Source of the DNA: a virus
Strand: one strand, 5' to 3'
Virus record (IMG/VR): IMGVR_UViG_3300033112_000310
Span: 44,441-108,440 of that record
DNA: 64,000 bases
Part shown: piece after piece, positions 63,897-64,000 of the stretch
Position numbering within the stretch: position 1 is the first letter of the stretch
Layout: every line of letters starts with the position of its first letter
The notes under the pieces: model-generated
Database searches by the model: none
What the model saw: the letters and a program-made list of their open reading frames with translations, nothing else
Told to the model about the DNA's origin: nothing
Program-made: the position numbers and the translations under genes

Positions 63897-64000
63897 CTCG
63901 CTCTCCTCAGTCGTGCGGTCGCCCGTAGGTTTCGCCGCCGCCGTCGTGGCGTGGCCCGTGCCGCTGCCTGTCTCTCGGCTTGACTCGCCGCTCGCCGCCG

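Overview
High-GC segment of a tailed dsDNA phage or prophage with HK97-type head genes and a lambda-like long non-contractile tail. Nearly everything is on the minus strand. From right to left: prohead protease, major capsid, portal, HNH, small and large terminase (head genes in an unusual order), head-tail adaptor, two large fibre-like genes, a secreted lectin-like gene interrupted by a G12 tract, a secreted HNH-type nuclease, a membrane/lysis cluster, tail tube, chaperone with a GGGAAAG -1 frameshift, tape measure, and three very large modular tail-tip/FN3 proteins. Next come a beta-barrel membrane protein and two tRNA-Ser genes, one carrying a 121-nt structured variable region. A short plus-strand operon (about 14.3-17.9 kb) is divergent from a long leftward accessory region (permuted C5 methyltransferase, HerA-like ATPase, XRE regulator, D-armless tRNA-like element, many small ORFs). 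No integrase, replication gene, reverse transcriptase or CRISPR array was seen. The top candidate for a novel system is a set of small ORFs in which a twin-arginine-like 'MNRR' leader is fused to a short copy of one of the phage's own virion proteins (portal, major capsid, possibly tape measure). All calls come from reading motifs by eye; no database searches were run.
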